DNA of 64,000 nt from a virus (Duplodnaviria > Caudoviricetes): positions 1 through 64,000 of IMG/VR virus record IMGVR_UViG_3300043642_000037, one strand, 5' to 3'. The translations under genes and the position numbers were made by a program. Under the pieces are notes generated by a model. The model had not been told where the DNA came from. It searched no databases and saw only the letters and a program-made list of their open reading frames with translations. Position 1 is the first letter of the stretch. Every line of letters begins with the position of its first letter. Positions 38,162 to 48,587 of the stretch are shown here, piece by piece.

Positions 38162-39655
38162 ATGCGAAACTCAGATCGTCAGTACATTCCCACCATGCCG
38201 GCCAAGCCGGCTCCATCTCTCTGGCAGCGCGTCCGCAGCGCCGCCTCGACCGCGGTCGCCGCGGTGCGCTCGGCTGGCGCACGGGTCATCGCCTTCGTCG
38301 CGCGCAAGGCGACCGGCGCCCGCGCGGCACTTTCCCGCGTGGCCCGCGCCGCGATGACTCGGCGGCCCTGGGTCCTGACCCGTCAGGGCGCGGGCCACGC
38401 CGCCACCCGCGCCACCGTCTGGTGCCGGGACACGTGGCACCGCGTGGTTCGTCCGTTCATGCGCGTTCGCGTGACCGTGCTGGGTATTGGCGCGGCCGTG
38501 ATCGGGCTCGTTGCCGCGCCCATCACGACCCTCACGGTCATGGCGGGCGCGGGCGCGGCCCTGCTCGGGCTCTCTCGGCTCATTTCCGCTCTCGAGAGTT
38601 CGGATCGGCGCGCCGCCCGCGTCGCGCTGCTCGTCATCGAATACGCCGCCCAGGCGCTCCGCGCCGTCGCGTACGCGGTCGCCGGCGGCGTCGTGATCGC
38701 CATCAGCATGGTGTCGATTCCCTTCGCCCTGACGGAGATTGCCGAGCTGGTTCTGCGCTACCTCGACGTGCCGCATGCCACCTCGCTCGCGGCCCTCGCG
38801 TTCTTCGTGATGACCGCGAGCTGGGGGCTGGCCGTTATCGAGGTCGCCTGGCTGGCGCTCGTTCATGACAGCGTCCGCAAGCCGGGCGCCGGCGTGCGGC
38901 AGGAAATCCCGCTCATCCGCATCGACGCCGATTGCGCGTGGAATGGAACCGAGGTCGTTGATCTCGTTCCAGGCACCGCGTTGGCCAGCGAGGAAGAGAT
39001 GAAGAGCACGTTCGAGATGACGGACATCGAGTCCACCCCCGCCCCCGCGGGCACCCCGTGCGTGGGTTGCGATCTCGAGGATCGAAGCCCCCGGTACCGC
39101 ATCGGCAACATGTCGTCGCTGTGCGGCGACTGCTTCAAGTGCCTCGTCGACGACGAGCTGATCACCGCGGCTGACCGCGGCGAGGTCAGCGCGGAGGACG
39201 TGCTCGCCGCGGCTCGCGCGGGCATTCAGGTCCCGGCCTACGTCATCATCGCGACGGGTGCCCGCCTGCGCAGCACGCGCATCGACCTCGACCGCGAGGC
39301 GATTACTTGCCGGACCGAGGCTCGCGTGCTCAGCGAGCAGGACACGTCCAAGGTCCACTGGGCTGAGACGGGCTGGTGGTTCGACGCGCGGGGGAGCCGT
39401 CGGGCTCGCCGTTGGCACGGCTTCGTCGCGGGTCGCGCGGTCGCGGAAGTTGACTACGCGTACGAGCGCGACGTTCGTGGATTCTACGTCGTCTCTCCCT
39501 CGCGCGAGGGCTCGCCCGCGCGGGGGATGGGTCCGTACCGCGCGCTCGCGTACGCGCAGGAAGTCGCGGCTGACGAGATCGCGGATCGCGTCATGACGCC
39601 GATCATCAAGACGGCGCGCCCCCAAGCCGCGCCTGTCGCAGGGTTCGCGTGGTGA
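38162..39655 (+). CDS. Multi-TM protein with CxxC..CxxC in the soluble part
   Basis: Hydrophobic helices in the N-terminal half; CVGC...CGDC. Confidence 0.6.
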   Translation: MRNSDRQYIPTMPAKPAPSLWQRVRSAASTAVAAVRSAGARVIAFVARKATGARAALSRVARAAMTRRPWVLTRQGAGHAATRATVWCRDTWHRVVRPFMRVRVTVLGIGAAVIGLVAAPITTLTVMAGAGAALLGLSRLISALESSDRRAARVALLVIEYAAQALRAVAYAVAGGVVIAISMVSIPFALTEIAELVLRYLDVPHATSLAALAFFVMTASWGLAVIEVAWLALVHDSVRKPGAGVRQEIPLIRIDADCAWNGTEVVDLVPGTALASEEEMKSTFEMTDIESTPAPAGTPCVGCDLEDRSPRYRIGNMSSLCGDCFKCLVDDELITAADRGEVSAEDVLAAARAGIQVPAYVIIATGARLRSTRIDLDREAITCRTEARVLSEQDTSKVHWAETGWWFDARGSRRARRWHGFVAGRAVAEVDYAYERDVRGFYVVSPSREGSPARGMGPYRALAYAQEVAADEIADRVMTPIIKTARPQAAPVAGFAW

Positions 39656-40984
39656 CCGTCGACGAGGCGCTGCGAGCCCTCCCCGATCTTCGCGCGCGCG
39701 TGGATGCCGACGACGACTATTTGCGCGAGGTCATCCGTCGGACCGAGCGCGTGCTGGGAGACCTCCGGCCCGGCTCACTCTTTGTTCCGTACTCGGTGAA
39801 CGGCTCGCGCCGACAGATCCAGCTCCGTCAGTCCCGTGACGCCCGATGGCACGTGGCATGGCAGGGTGAGGATGGTCACTCGGTCGCGCTGCTCAGCGCC
39901 CCGCGGGGCGTCCGCGTGGAGGCATTCACGTCGATGCCCTGGGACGGCCACGAGTCTCCGATTGCGCCGATCGAGGCGCTGGTCATCGGCGTCAACCGCG
40001 AGCTGTCCTCGGCCGTGACGAATCGCGGTCCGCTGATGGAGGTCGCCCGGCGATTGGAGGCCGTGATCGAGGTGGCCGCGCGCAAGCCCCGCGGCAAGGG
40101 TTCGGATTGACCCTCGCGTTTGACGACATCCGGCACGGGTCATGGTCGTGTCGGTGGGGTCAATGGCTGATTCTCGTGCGAGAGCAGCCGGCCGGCTGGG
40201 TCGTGGTAGTCTGGGAATTGCAACCGGACGCCTCCATGACGACTCGAAATCCAATCGCCACGGCGAAGGGCATGGACTCAGCGCAGCACGCGGTGACGCA
40301 CGCGTGCGACGTGCTCAGATCGGCCGGGGTCACCCTGCTGGTGTCCGGCGTGCCCCAACGGCTGGAGAAGTTCCTCTCGTTCACGCCCGCGCCGCAGGAG
40401 GTCCCGTGAGGCTGTTCGTGGTCGAAGACCTCGGCGAGCGGGGCGCGGATGGGCGCTACGAGACGATGGAATCGCTCACCGAGCGCCTTGGCCGCGACTG
40501 GACGGCGCCCAGCGTCCGCGCGCTGGACGAGGCGCTGCTCGCGACCATCAACGTCGCCCACGTCGGGATGGTCCTGCGGTATCGGCGGGGGTGGGTGTTC
40601 CTGGCGGAGGATTCAACGTGAGCAGGTTGCTCTACCTCCCCATCATCGGAGTGATCGCTCTGGTGCTTGGTAGCTGGGAGCAATCGAGCGAGAACGTGAA
40701 CGACGCAGGCTCGTGTCATTGTTCGCTCGCTCTTGCAGCAGGTGCTGTATGGGATCGCTCTTGGCAGCGGCGGTTCGCACTGACGCCGCGGATGACGCAG
40801 GGCATTCTCGGCGGTCACACCGCGGCGCGATGCGCGCACGAACTGTCGACGTGAGTCGAAGTCGAGTAGAGGAGGCGCATGTTTGCATGCACGAGCGGCG
40901 AAGCGTTACTGGCGGGATAACCCCGGCACAGGTGCAGCTTCGCCGCTTGTTTTTTTGGCCGATGCTTATAAGATAAGCATCCCC

Positions 40985-41815
40985 ATGAAGGCCTCTCCGA
41001 TCGTGAAGTGGGCGGGCGGCAAGACCAAGCTGCTTCCTCGACTGATGGCCCGCGCGCCCGCGCGATTTCGCCGGTACTACGAGCCGTTCATGGGGGGTGC
41101 GGCGCTGTTCTTCGCGCTGGAGCCCGCAGCCGCGTCGATCGGCGACGTCAACGTCGCCCTGGTCACCCTGTATCGCGCGGTGGCCTCCGAGCTGAGCGAG
41201 GTGATTCGCGTCGCGCTCGCGCACAAGGCCGAGCACGCCGAGGTCTCGTACTACTACGACGTTCGTCGCCGATGGAACGACCCGACGGTCCGCGCCGCGA
41301 TGAGCCCGGCGGAGATCGCGGGGACGTTCGTCTACCTCAACAAGACGTGCTTCAACGGCCTGTGGCGAGAGAACAAGAGCGGCGGGTTCAACGTCCCCCG
41401 AGGCGACTACGCTAACCCCACGATCGTCGACGAGGACGAGCTTCGCGCCGCCGGCGCCGCCCTGGCCAAGGCTCGGATCACGTGCGGCACGTTCCAGGAC
41501 ACCACCGCGGACGCCGGGAGCGGCGACTTCGCGTACTTCGATCCGCCGTACGATCCGCTCTCCGAGACCTCGAGCTTCACGTCCTACGCGGCGACCCCCT
41601 TCGGCAAGAAGGAGCAGCGCGCGCTCGCCGAGCACGCCCGCGCGCTGGACGCCCGGGGCGTGTTCGTCATGCTCTCCAACAACGACACGCCGCTGATCCG
41701 GGATCTCTACGACGGGTTCGTGATCGAGACGGCCCCGTGCGCGAGGTCCATCAACAGCAAGGCGGAGGGGCGCGGCAAGGTTGACGAAGTGATCATCACC
41801 AGCAGGAGAGCGTGA
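40985..41815 (+). CDS. dam: DNA adenine methyltransferase (Dam/D12 class)
   Basis: KWAGGK, YYEPFMGGAA, FNGLWR.N..G.FNVP.G, YFDPPY, MLSN. Confidence 0.92.
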   Translation: MKASPIVKWAGGKTKLLPRLMARAPARFRRYYEPFMGGAALFFALEPAAASIGDVNVALVTLYRAVASELSEVIRVALAHKAEHAEVSYYYDVRRRWNDPTVRAAMSPAEIAGTFVYLNKTCFNGLWRENKSGGFNVPRGDYANPTIVDEDELRAAGAALAKARITCGTFQDTTADAGSGDFAYFDPPYDPLSETSSFTSYAATPFGKKEQRALAEHARALDARGVFVMLSNNDTPLIRDLYDGFVIETAPCARSINSKAEGRGKVDEVIITSRRA

Positions 41816-42421
41816 ATGAAGCGACCCAGAATCCTGATCGACGTCGACGGCCCGATGGCCGACTTCGTGGCGCCGGCCCTCGAGGCCATATTCCAGGTCA
41901 CGGGCCGGAGGTTCAACGCCTCCGATCACGTGAACGGCTGGGATCTCTTCGCGGGGCTCGGTCTCTCCGACGAGGAGACCAAGGAGGTGTTCCGCGTCAT
42001 GCAGGTCCCGGGCTTGTGCCTCGGGATCCCGATGGTTCAGGGGGCTCGCGAGGGCATCGAGGAGCTGCGTAAGTTCGCTGACGTGTGGGCCGTGACCTCG
42101 CCGTTCGGCGGCGAGCACTGGATGCACGAGCGCGACGCTTGGCTCGTCCGAAACCTGGGATTCCAGAAGAAGGACGTCCTGCACGTGCGCGGGGAGTCGA
42201 AGCACGGCGTGTACGGCAACATGCTGATCGAGGACAAGACCGAGACGCTGCGGGCGTGGCAGGCCGCGTGGCCGATGGAGACGGCGCTGCTGTTCGAGCT
42301 GTCGTACAATCGCAACGACGGATGGGCCGGCGCGGCGGTCGACGACTGGCCAAGCCTGGTCTCCTGGGCCTCGACGTTCTTCACGGGGGACCACTCTAAG
42401 GCGCGCGAGCTGCGGACTTGA
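41816..42421 (+). CDS. 5'(3')-deoxyribonucleotidase (HAD)
   Basis: ILIDVDG..ADF, VTSP, LIEDK, YN. Confidence 0.85.
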   Translation: MKRPRILIDVDGPMADFVAPALEAIFQVTGRRFNASDHVNGWDLFAGLGLSDEETKEVFRVMQVPGLCLGIPMVQGAREGIEELRKFADVWAVTSPFGGEHWMHERDAWLVRNLGFQKKDVLHVRGESKHGVYGNMLIEDKTETLRAWQAAWPMETALLFELSYNRNDGWAGAAVDDWPSLVSWASTFFTGDHSKARELRT

Positions 42422-42696
42422 TCCTGGTCGTGCACTGCCGACGATCGCACTACGACGTCCTGATCGATCGGACCACGAAGTGGGGTAATCCGTTCACGCA
42501 CGTCCGTGATCGGCAGACCCGCGCGAGCTTCCTGATTCCGACGCGCGACGAGGCGATCGCCGCGTACGAAGCCTGGCTGCTGGCCCAGCCACACCTGGTT
42601 GCCTCGCTGCCCGAGCTTCGCGACAAGATCCTGGGGTGCTGGTGTCGACCGCAGACGTGCCACGGCGACGTCCTCGTTCGCCTGGCGAACCAATGA
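42418..42696 (+). CDS. DUF4326-family protein
   Basis: DV.I.R..KWGNPF...LGCWC.P..CHGDVL. Confidence 0.85.
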   Translation: MILVVHCRRSHYDVLIDRTTKWGNPFTHVRDRQTRASFLIPTRDEAIAAYEAWLLAQPHLVASLPELRDKILGCWCRPQTCHGDVLVRLANQ

Positions 42697-42897
42697 AGGG
42701 CCCCGCATGAGCAAGCTCGAGGATCTCCTCACGGATTTGACGACGCAGGTGTCCCGTCTGGCCTTCGCCGTCGAGGCGCTCGCGAGCAACCAAGGCGTCC
42801 CATCGCAGCACACCCCCTGCAGAGGCTGCGGATGCCGACTGACCGCCGTCTTTCTACCATTCACCACCTGCCCCGTGTGCAGGACGGAGAACGCACG

Positions 42898-43167
42898 ATG
42901 AGCGACATCGAATCGAAGCTGAGCGACCTCCAGCTCAAGGTCTACGACCAAGTCCGGCTCGCCGGATGGGACGGAAAGACCACGGACGAGATCGAGGCGA
43001 CCCTCGGGCTCACGCATCAGTCGGTGTCGGCCCGGGTCAACGAGCTGAAGAACTGGAAGCCGGATCCCCTGATCGAGCGCCGGGGCGTCACGCGGAAGAC
43101 CCGCGCGGGCCGTCCCGCGGACGTGTACGTGCTGGCGGGCCTCCGCGCGGCCACCGAGCGGAAGTGA
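42898..43167 (+). CDS. Winged-helix DNA-binding protein
   Basis: G.TTDEIE..LGL.HQSVSARVNEL......R.T..GR.A.VY. Confidence 0.75.
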   Translation: MSDIESKLSDLQLKVYDQVRLAGWDGKTTDEIEATLGLTHQSVSARVNELKNWKPDPLIERRGVTRKTRAGRPADVYVLAGLRAATERK

Positions 43168-44070
43168 CTACGGGGGCGACGACAGCGCGAAGCGCGTCGC
43201 GGCTCCGACCTTGCCGTCGGCCACCAGCCCGTGCCCGCGTTGGAACGTCCTGACTGCCTGATCGGTCATCGGACCGAACACGCCGTCCTGGGAGACCTTC
43301 ACGCCGTGAACTACGAGGTCGGCCTGCAGGACCATGACGTCCGTGCCGGTCATGCGCGGCTGCGCGAGGAGCAGCAGGCGAGGCTCAGCGGAGCCCGGAC
43401 GCTCGGAGCCGGGCCAGTGAGGTCCTCCGGTGACGCAGTCGTCGCCGTAGCCGTGGTCGACGATGTTGTCGGTGGTGTTGCGCTCCTTGTACGACGTCCA
43501 GTCCATTCGATATCGCTGGATCGTGAGCCTGGCGAACCCCATGCCCTTGTTGTGGGCGATGGCCAGGTAGGCGCGAATGACGCCCCCCGGCCAGCGACGA
43601 CCGCTGAGGTCCACGTGGTCGGGATCCGGCGTGGCGTCCGAGAGCCCGGCCGCGGCCCGGAGCCCTCGGCGGTTGTCCTCGGCCATGCGCACCATGCACT
43701 CCGTGGCCTTGTCGAGGTCGATCATGTCCTCCAGGCGGAACCCGTATCGCCGGGCCTCCTCGTCGCCGATCTGGTAGGGGCCCACCGACACGAAGCCGGG
43801 CGGGCACGACGCCGTCGCGATCTCGGTGTCCCACTCGTTCAGGCACCCGGCCTCGTGGAAGCAGGTCGCCACGTGGTATCGCGGGTCGACGGCGGTTTGG
43901 CCGAGGCGGGTCCGCGCGCGGACCACGGCGTCGAGCACCTGCTGGCCCGTCAGGCGCACGGCCGCGCGGCGGTCGGTGGTCGGCGGTAGGCCGTCGCGGA
44001 CGTACTCCTCGACTCGGGATGGGAGTAGCTTGGTCGGGTAGTGCTGCTCGTGTTGGGGGTAGATGACCAT
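43168..44070 (-). CDS. Endolysin: lysozyme/SLT-like domain plus C-terminal peptidoglycan-binding domain
   Basis: HE...SVGPYQI...AHNKG; G.DV..LQ..L...DGVFGP.T..AVR.FQ..GL.ADG.VG..T. Confidence 0.8.
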   Translation of the reverse strand: MVIYPQHEQHYPTKLLPSRVEEYVRDGLPPTTDRRAAVRLTGQQVLDAVVRARTRLGQTAVDPRYHVATCFHEAGCLNEWDTEIATASCPPGFVSVGPYQIGDEEARRYGFRLEDMIDLDKATECMVRMAEDNRRGLRAAAGLSDATPDPDHVDLSGRRWPGGVIRAYLAIAHNKGMGFARLTIQRYRMDWTSYKERNTTDNIVDHGYGDDCVTGGPHWPGSERPGSAEPRLLLLAQPRMTGTDVMVLQADLVVHGVKVSQDGVFGPMTDQAVRTFQRGHGLVADGKVGAATRFALSSPP

Positions 44071-44158
44071 CGCCACAAGGATAGGTCGAAAGGGGCTCGC
44101 CCACTTTTTTTGGCCCTTCTAGCCTATACTTGTGACGACCTTCCCGGAGGAGATTCAC

Positions 44159-45049
44159 ATGCCCCTGCTGACCATAGTCAACTTGCACACCAGCTCCGTG
44201 TCGTTTCAGGATCCGACGGGATTGTACGGCACCACGATTTCCGTGGCTGGATCGGCCACGTTTGGCCCGTCGTCGATCTCGCTGCCCGCGCTCGGCGCCC
44301 TCGAGTCCCAGCTGATCGCGGAGACCCTCGCCGGGAATGTCACATGGACGGTGGCGGACGACCCCTCGTCTGCAGTCGACACGTTGCCGGAGCACGAGAC
44401 CACGGTTCTCATCACCCCATACAACGCCGTGGCGGGCGATCAGGACATTCTGACCAACCTGACCACGCCGGGCGCGGTGTCGGTGGTGCTATCTGCGTCC
44501 GCGAAGATCGGCCAGCTGGTCAAGATCATCGATCTCAAGGGTGACGCCGCCTCAAACAATATCACCGTCACCGTGGCCGGCGGAGGCACGATCAACGGGG
44601 GTGCCAGCGCAGTCATCAACGTCAACAAGGGGTGGGTGTTCTTGCTGAAGGTCAGCGCCACGGCGTGGGTGTCGATTGCGGCCGCGGTGGTATCTACGGC
44701 CGCGGCGGGTGGCGACCTTACGGGCAACTACCCCAACCCTACGCTGGCCGCGATTTTCGCGAGCGCGCCCCAGGCGCTGTCGGGCGCCGGCGCGGTCAAT
44801 GTCACGACACGCACGACGCTCTTCACGTCGACCGGCGCGGCGCAGGCGCTGACGCTCGCGAATGGCACCAAGACCGGGCAACGCAAGACCGTTCATCACA
44901 CGGTCGACGGAGGCTCGGGCGTTCTGACGCCGGCTACCGCGGGCAACTTCGCCACCGTGACGTTCACCAACGTTCACGACTGGGCCGAGCTGGAGTGGTC
45001 AGGCGCTGCGTGGAACGTCGTCGCCTTTGGCGGCGCGACCATTGCGTAG
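44159..45049 (+). CDS. Probable virion structural/decoration protein
   Basis: Thr/Ala/Gly-rich beta-type sequence, GGDLTGNYPNPT motif; CCTATACTT and GGAGGAG upstream. Confidence 0.6.
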   Translation: MPLLTIVNLHTSSVSFQDPTGLYGTTISVAGSATFGPSSISLPALGALESQLIAETLAGNVTWTVADDPSSAVDTLPEHETTVLITPYNAVAGDQDILTNLTTPGAVSVVLSASAKIGQLVKIIDLKGDAASNNITVTVAGGGTINGGASAVINVNKGWVFLLKVSATAWVSIAAAVVSTAAAGGDLTGNYPNPTLAAIFASAPQALSGAGAVNVTTRTTLFTSTGAAQALTLANGTKTGQRKTVHHTVDGGSGVLTPATAGNFATVTFTNVHDWAELEWSGAAWNVVAFGGATIA

Positions 45050-45849
45050 TGTCGGATGGCCGACCAGCATGCCGACACCGGCCGGCCGATGCCGGCCGAG
45101 CTTCAGTCCGACACGGAGCCGCGGTACCACGCACTCCCGACGACCGCCCGGCAGATCTCGCTGCGGAACACCGGGGTCAACACTCTGTGGGTGTCCTTCG
45201 ACAAGGAATCGTGGTTCGACGTCGCGTGCGGGACTTCGTGGGACGACCGGGTCAACGCGCCAGGCTTCTGGCACTGCACCCAGGTCGGGCGGACCTCGCT
45301 CGTGGTTAACGCGCTTGCGTTGAACTTTGTTGGCGTGCGACCCCCGAAAGACACGGTGTAATATTCCTTACACTCATTACCCCAAACTTTCGGCCAACAT
45401 CATTGCCGCGTGGGTTCAGCCGCCACCGCCGGACGCCGCGCCGTTTCTCAACTTCCCGCGGTTCTCGACTCTCAACAGGTTCGATCGCCCGATCGAGCCT
45501 GGCGAGTCGTCCGTTGTTCACCACGACGGACAGAACTTCACGCGCTTCTACGGCACCATCGCCGCGGACCAGCCGCTGGAGGTCACGTTCTCCTTCTCGA
45601 ATGAGGAGACCGATCCCGACGGACGATGGGTCACGGACGACAACGTCGATCGCCTCCACTACGACGGAGAGGCGCTGCGCCAGCTCTACGCCCCGGACAA
45701 GCAGGGCCCCTCGGGCAAGTACTTCGTCATGATCTACGGGCGGTGGCTGCGCATCGAGGTCAAGAACGTGGGGAAGGCCCCGACCAAGGAGCTGCGCGTG
45801 TTCGTGCGAGCCTCGGTGTTCTGACCGTGCTCGTGTGATAAGCATCGGC

Positions 45850-46071
45850 ATGGCCAAGCACCCCGTGCGATCTCCTGTGGGCGGCAGCGTGTGGGCGCAC
45901 TCGGTCGGGGTCGGCCAGCAGGTGGTCGAGGGCGCCACGCTGATGATCGTCGAGGTGATGAAGACGGAGTTTCCCGTCGAGTCGCCCGTCGCGGGCGTCG
46001 TGACGTGGCTGGCCGCGTGCGGCGACGCGATAGACGCCGACGCGCTGGTCGCTATCGTAGATTTTTTTTGA
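45850..46071 (+). CDS. Stand-alone biotin/lipoyl-carrier domain protein
   Basis: VRSP..GSVW...V..G..V..G..L.IVEVMKTE.PV.SP..GVV. Confidence 0.8.
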   Translation: MAKHPVRSPVGGSVWAHSVGVGQQVVEGATLMIVEVMKTEFPVESPVAGVVTWLAACGDAIDADALVAIVDFF

Positions 46072-48586
46072 AGAGAGATGACAGACGTCCCAGTAGACCC
46101 GGTGTTTGTTCACCTAGAATTGGTGCGCCTAATAGTTGTTTCGCGAAGGCGGGCGCATCGTGATGTAACGCGTTAACTGTCGGCGCGTGCTGCAATACGT
46201 GGGGAGGTAGGTCACCTCTTAGGACGTTAGGGCCTTTGGTCAGTTGAAATTTGCCTGGCGAAAGGAGTGGTTTGTAGGTCGAAAGCGGCTCAGCGGGTAT
46301 TGCTTTCGCATCAATGACTTTTTCGTAAATTGGAGAATTTCCAACCTCCGATTTTCCGGAGTTTTTGGGTTGGTGAATTTTTTGGCCTCTTGGGTCCTCC
46401 GATATATGAGGAGTCCATGAGCCTTGATTTTCATCAGGGATTTTAGCTAATTCATATGCGTTTAAACGTGCGGCGCTGGTTCCAGACTGACTTAGGCTTT
46501 GCGCGTATCCGCTAGATACGTTCGGGATCCCTGAAAACCACCTCGGGCCCGTTCCTTCGTGGCTGGTTGGATTTGCGCCCCGCCAAGCAATCCGATCAGG
46601 ATGCACCCCTGGTTGGGTTGATGCGACATTAGGATCATCTATGAATGGCACATGTACGACGTCTGTAGCTTTGTGTCTTCCTGAGGATTGAAGTTTGTCG
46701 ATTTCATCTGTGGGCCGTCCGACTGACCCTTTCAATGAATTCGGGATTTCTTTGTTTTGCCTTCTAAGCGCTCTGGTTTTTTCTCTGCCATCTTCGTAGG
46801 TCGGTGAAAAATCGTGCTGATATTTTTCGTTGGCCAGTTCTTGTGTAGGTGAAGTGTTGAAGTCGAGTAAATCAGGTGTCAACGCTTCGGAGGCGGGTCG
46901 CCAAAGTGGTCCTAGTGAATTGTTGGATGACGGCGTAATGGCGCGTCTTGCACTATTCGTGTTGCGCAGTGCTTGTTCAATTCTCGTCGTTTGGCGTTTC
47001 CCGATCGCAGTTTTTTCGTTCGCCATCTTCGAGGCTCTCGACATCGCGCGAGCCGCCATGACGCCCAGCGGGACCGAGGCGCCGAGCGCGAGGGTTTGGC
47101 CCGGCGACAGCGGATTCTTCAGGTACGGCGTCCAGCCTCCGCCGGTCGTGCGTCGGCCGGAGTGCAGGGTCAGCAGCTTCTCGTGACGGGACAGGCCTGA
47201 CGGGTCGATGCCGGCCGCCTGCAACCGTTGGTCAAGCTGGTTCCCCCAGCCCTCACGCGGTCGGAGCTTCATGACCGCCCCGTTGCCCATGTCGACCTCG
47301 TCCCCGTCAAGCGTGTCGAATCCGAGGTCCGCAACCCCGAGTGACTTGTCGAGGTCCATCATGTCCCCGATGTAGGCCGCGTTTCCTCGATGATTGAGCT
47401 GCTCGCGGAGCTTGCTCGGGTCGCGGCGCAGGTGAATCTGCGCGTCGAACAGCTCGGGGTCGTGCGTGCGGTTGAGGAGGTAGTGCTCCATGATCTCGCC
47501 GGCTCTCGGGGCGTGCGGCATCTTCTCGACGTTTCGTCCGAGCCCGATGGTCGACTTCCACGCGTTGCCGGGCTCCCAGTCGAGCCCGTAGTGAGTCATT
47601 CCGGTCTGGTGCGCGAGTGCGCGAGCGAGCGTCGTCTTGCCTGAGCCGGGCGGCGCGTCGATGCCGATCCGAAGCGTGCGAGGGTCCAGCCCGCGGCTCG
47701 TCAGGTGCTGGTGTATCGCCTGCGCCTGCTGAAGCACCTGGTCGGGGATCGCGCCGCTGGTGTCCTGGTCCTGCGTGGAGCCCTTCCCCGCCATCAGGTT
47801 GTGGAGGTTCGACTGAATGCCTGGCTTGGAGGCCAACATGCCTGCGCCAAGCGCGAGAGGGATGCCGACGCCAACCGCGGTCGGTAGTGCGGCGCCTGTC
47901 TTGCTCATCTGGAATTTCGCTCGAGGAAATTGTCGCGGTCCTGCTGCTGCTGCTGCGGCTTGTCCAGGAGGTACGCCGCGGGGCAATACCGCGGTGGGCA
48001 CGTCCCGCGGGGTCATTGGTTGTTGTGGCGCTATTGCTGCTTGACCTTTTGGCAGTACCGCTGTTGCTTGTCCTTGTTGCGGCGCTATTGCTGCTTGACC
48101 TTTTGGCAATACCGCTGTTGCTTGCCCTTGTTGTGGGCGGATGGCGGTGGGCTGCGCTTGTGCGTGTGCTCTTTCCTGTGCTACCCAATCGCCCCGGTCT
48201 GACCGCTGCCCGAACGCTGCGTCGATCCGCTGCTGCGCCGTGGGCTGCCCCGCAGGCGTGTTGTGCACCAATCTCCGTTGTTCCAGGACCCTGTCAAAGC
48301 GCGCTGGTGCCTTATCGGACATTGCTGACGTGGTGTGCTCCTCCCCCGCCCAGGGGAGACGATGAGCAAGATTCTGCATCGCCGACACTTGCGGAGTTTG
48401 AGGGAGCACGCCGGGTTCGCGCACGTAGGAGGACAGCCCCGGCTTGAAGATGGCCTGAGGCTGCGCTGCGATGTGGTCGAACGCGTTCGGGGCGAACGTG
48501 CGGCCTGCGCGCGTGCCTGCGTTCTGAAGGGCGCGCGCGTAGGTGCTGCCCGAGATCGCGAACTTCATCCACGGCTGCCAGGGCAC
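46052..48586 (-). CDS. Multidomain probable virion protein: low-complexity N-terminus, P-loop kinase-like domain, AT-richer C-terminal domain (possible ADP-ribosyltransferase)
   Basis: GIDAPPGSGKTT; 18-aa repeats; AWRG...WFS..P..S.GYA...YE.V. Confidence 0.65.
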   Translation of the reverse strand: MPWQPWMKFAISGSTYARALQNAGTRAGRTFAPNAFDHIAAQPQAIFKPGLSSYVREPGVLPQTPQVSAMQNLAHRLPWAGEEHTTSAMSDKAPARFDRVLEQRRLVHNTPAGQPTAQQRIDAAFGQRSDRGDWVAQERAHAQAQPTAIRPQQGQATAVLPKGQAAIAPQQGQATAVLPKGQAAIAPQQPMTPRDVPTAVLPRGVPPGQAAAAAAGPRQFPRAKFQMSKTGAALPTAVGVGIPLALGAGMLASKPGIQSNLHNLMAGKGSTQDQDTSGAIPDQVLQQAQAIHQHLTSRGLDPRTLRIGIDAPPGSGKTTLARALAHQTGMTHYGLDWEPGNAWKSTIGLGRNVEKMPHAPRAGEIMEHYLLNRTHDPELFDAQIHLRRDPSKLREQLNHRGNAAYIGDMMDLDKSLGVADLGFDTLDGDEVDMGNGAVMKLRPREGWGNQLDQRLQAAGIDPSGLSRHEKLLTLHSGRRTTGGGWTPYLKNPLSPGQTLALGASVPLGVMAARAMSRASKMANEKTAIGKRQTTRIEQALRNTNSARRAITPSSNNSLGPLWRPASEALTPDLLDFNTSPTQELANEKYQHDFSPTYEDGREKTRALRRQNKEIPNSLKGSVGRPTDEIDKLQSSGRHKATDVVHVPFIDDPNVASTQPGVHPDRIAWRGANPTSHEGTGPRWFSGIPNVSSGYAQSLSQSGTSAARLNAYELAKIPDENQGSWTPHISEDPRGQKIHQPKNSGKSEVGNSPIYEKVIDAKAIPAEPLSTYKPLLSPGKFQLTKGPNVLRGDLPPHVLQHAPTVNALHHDAPAFAKQLLGAPILGEQTPGLLGRLSSLFKKNLR

Positions 48587-48587
48587 G

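Noticed and set aside
40643-42394. 583-aa - strand ORF
   Set aside because: Antisense to the well-supported methylase and nucleotidase genes.
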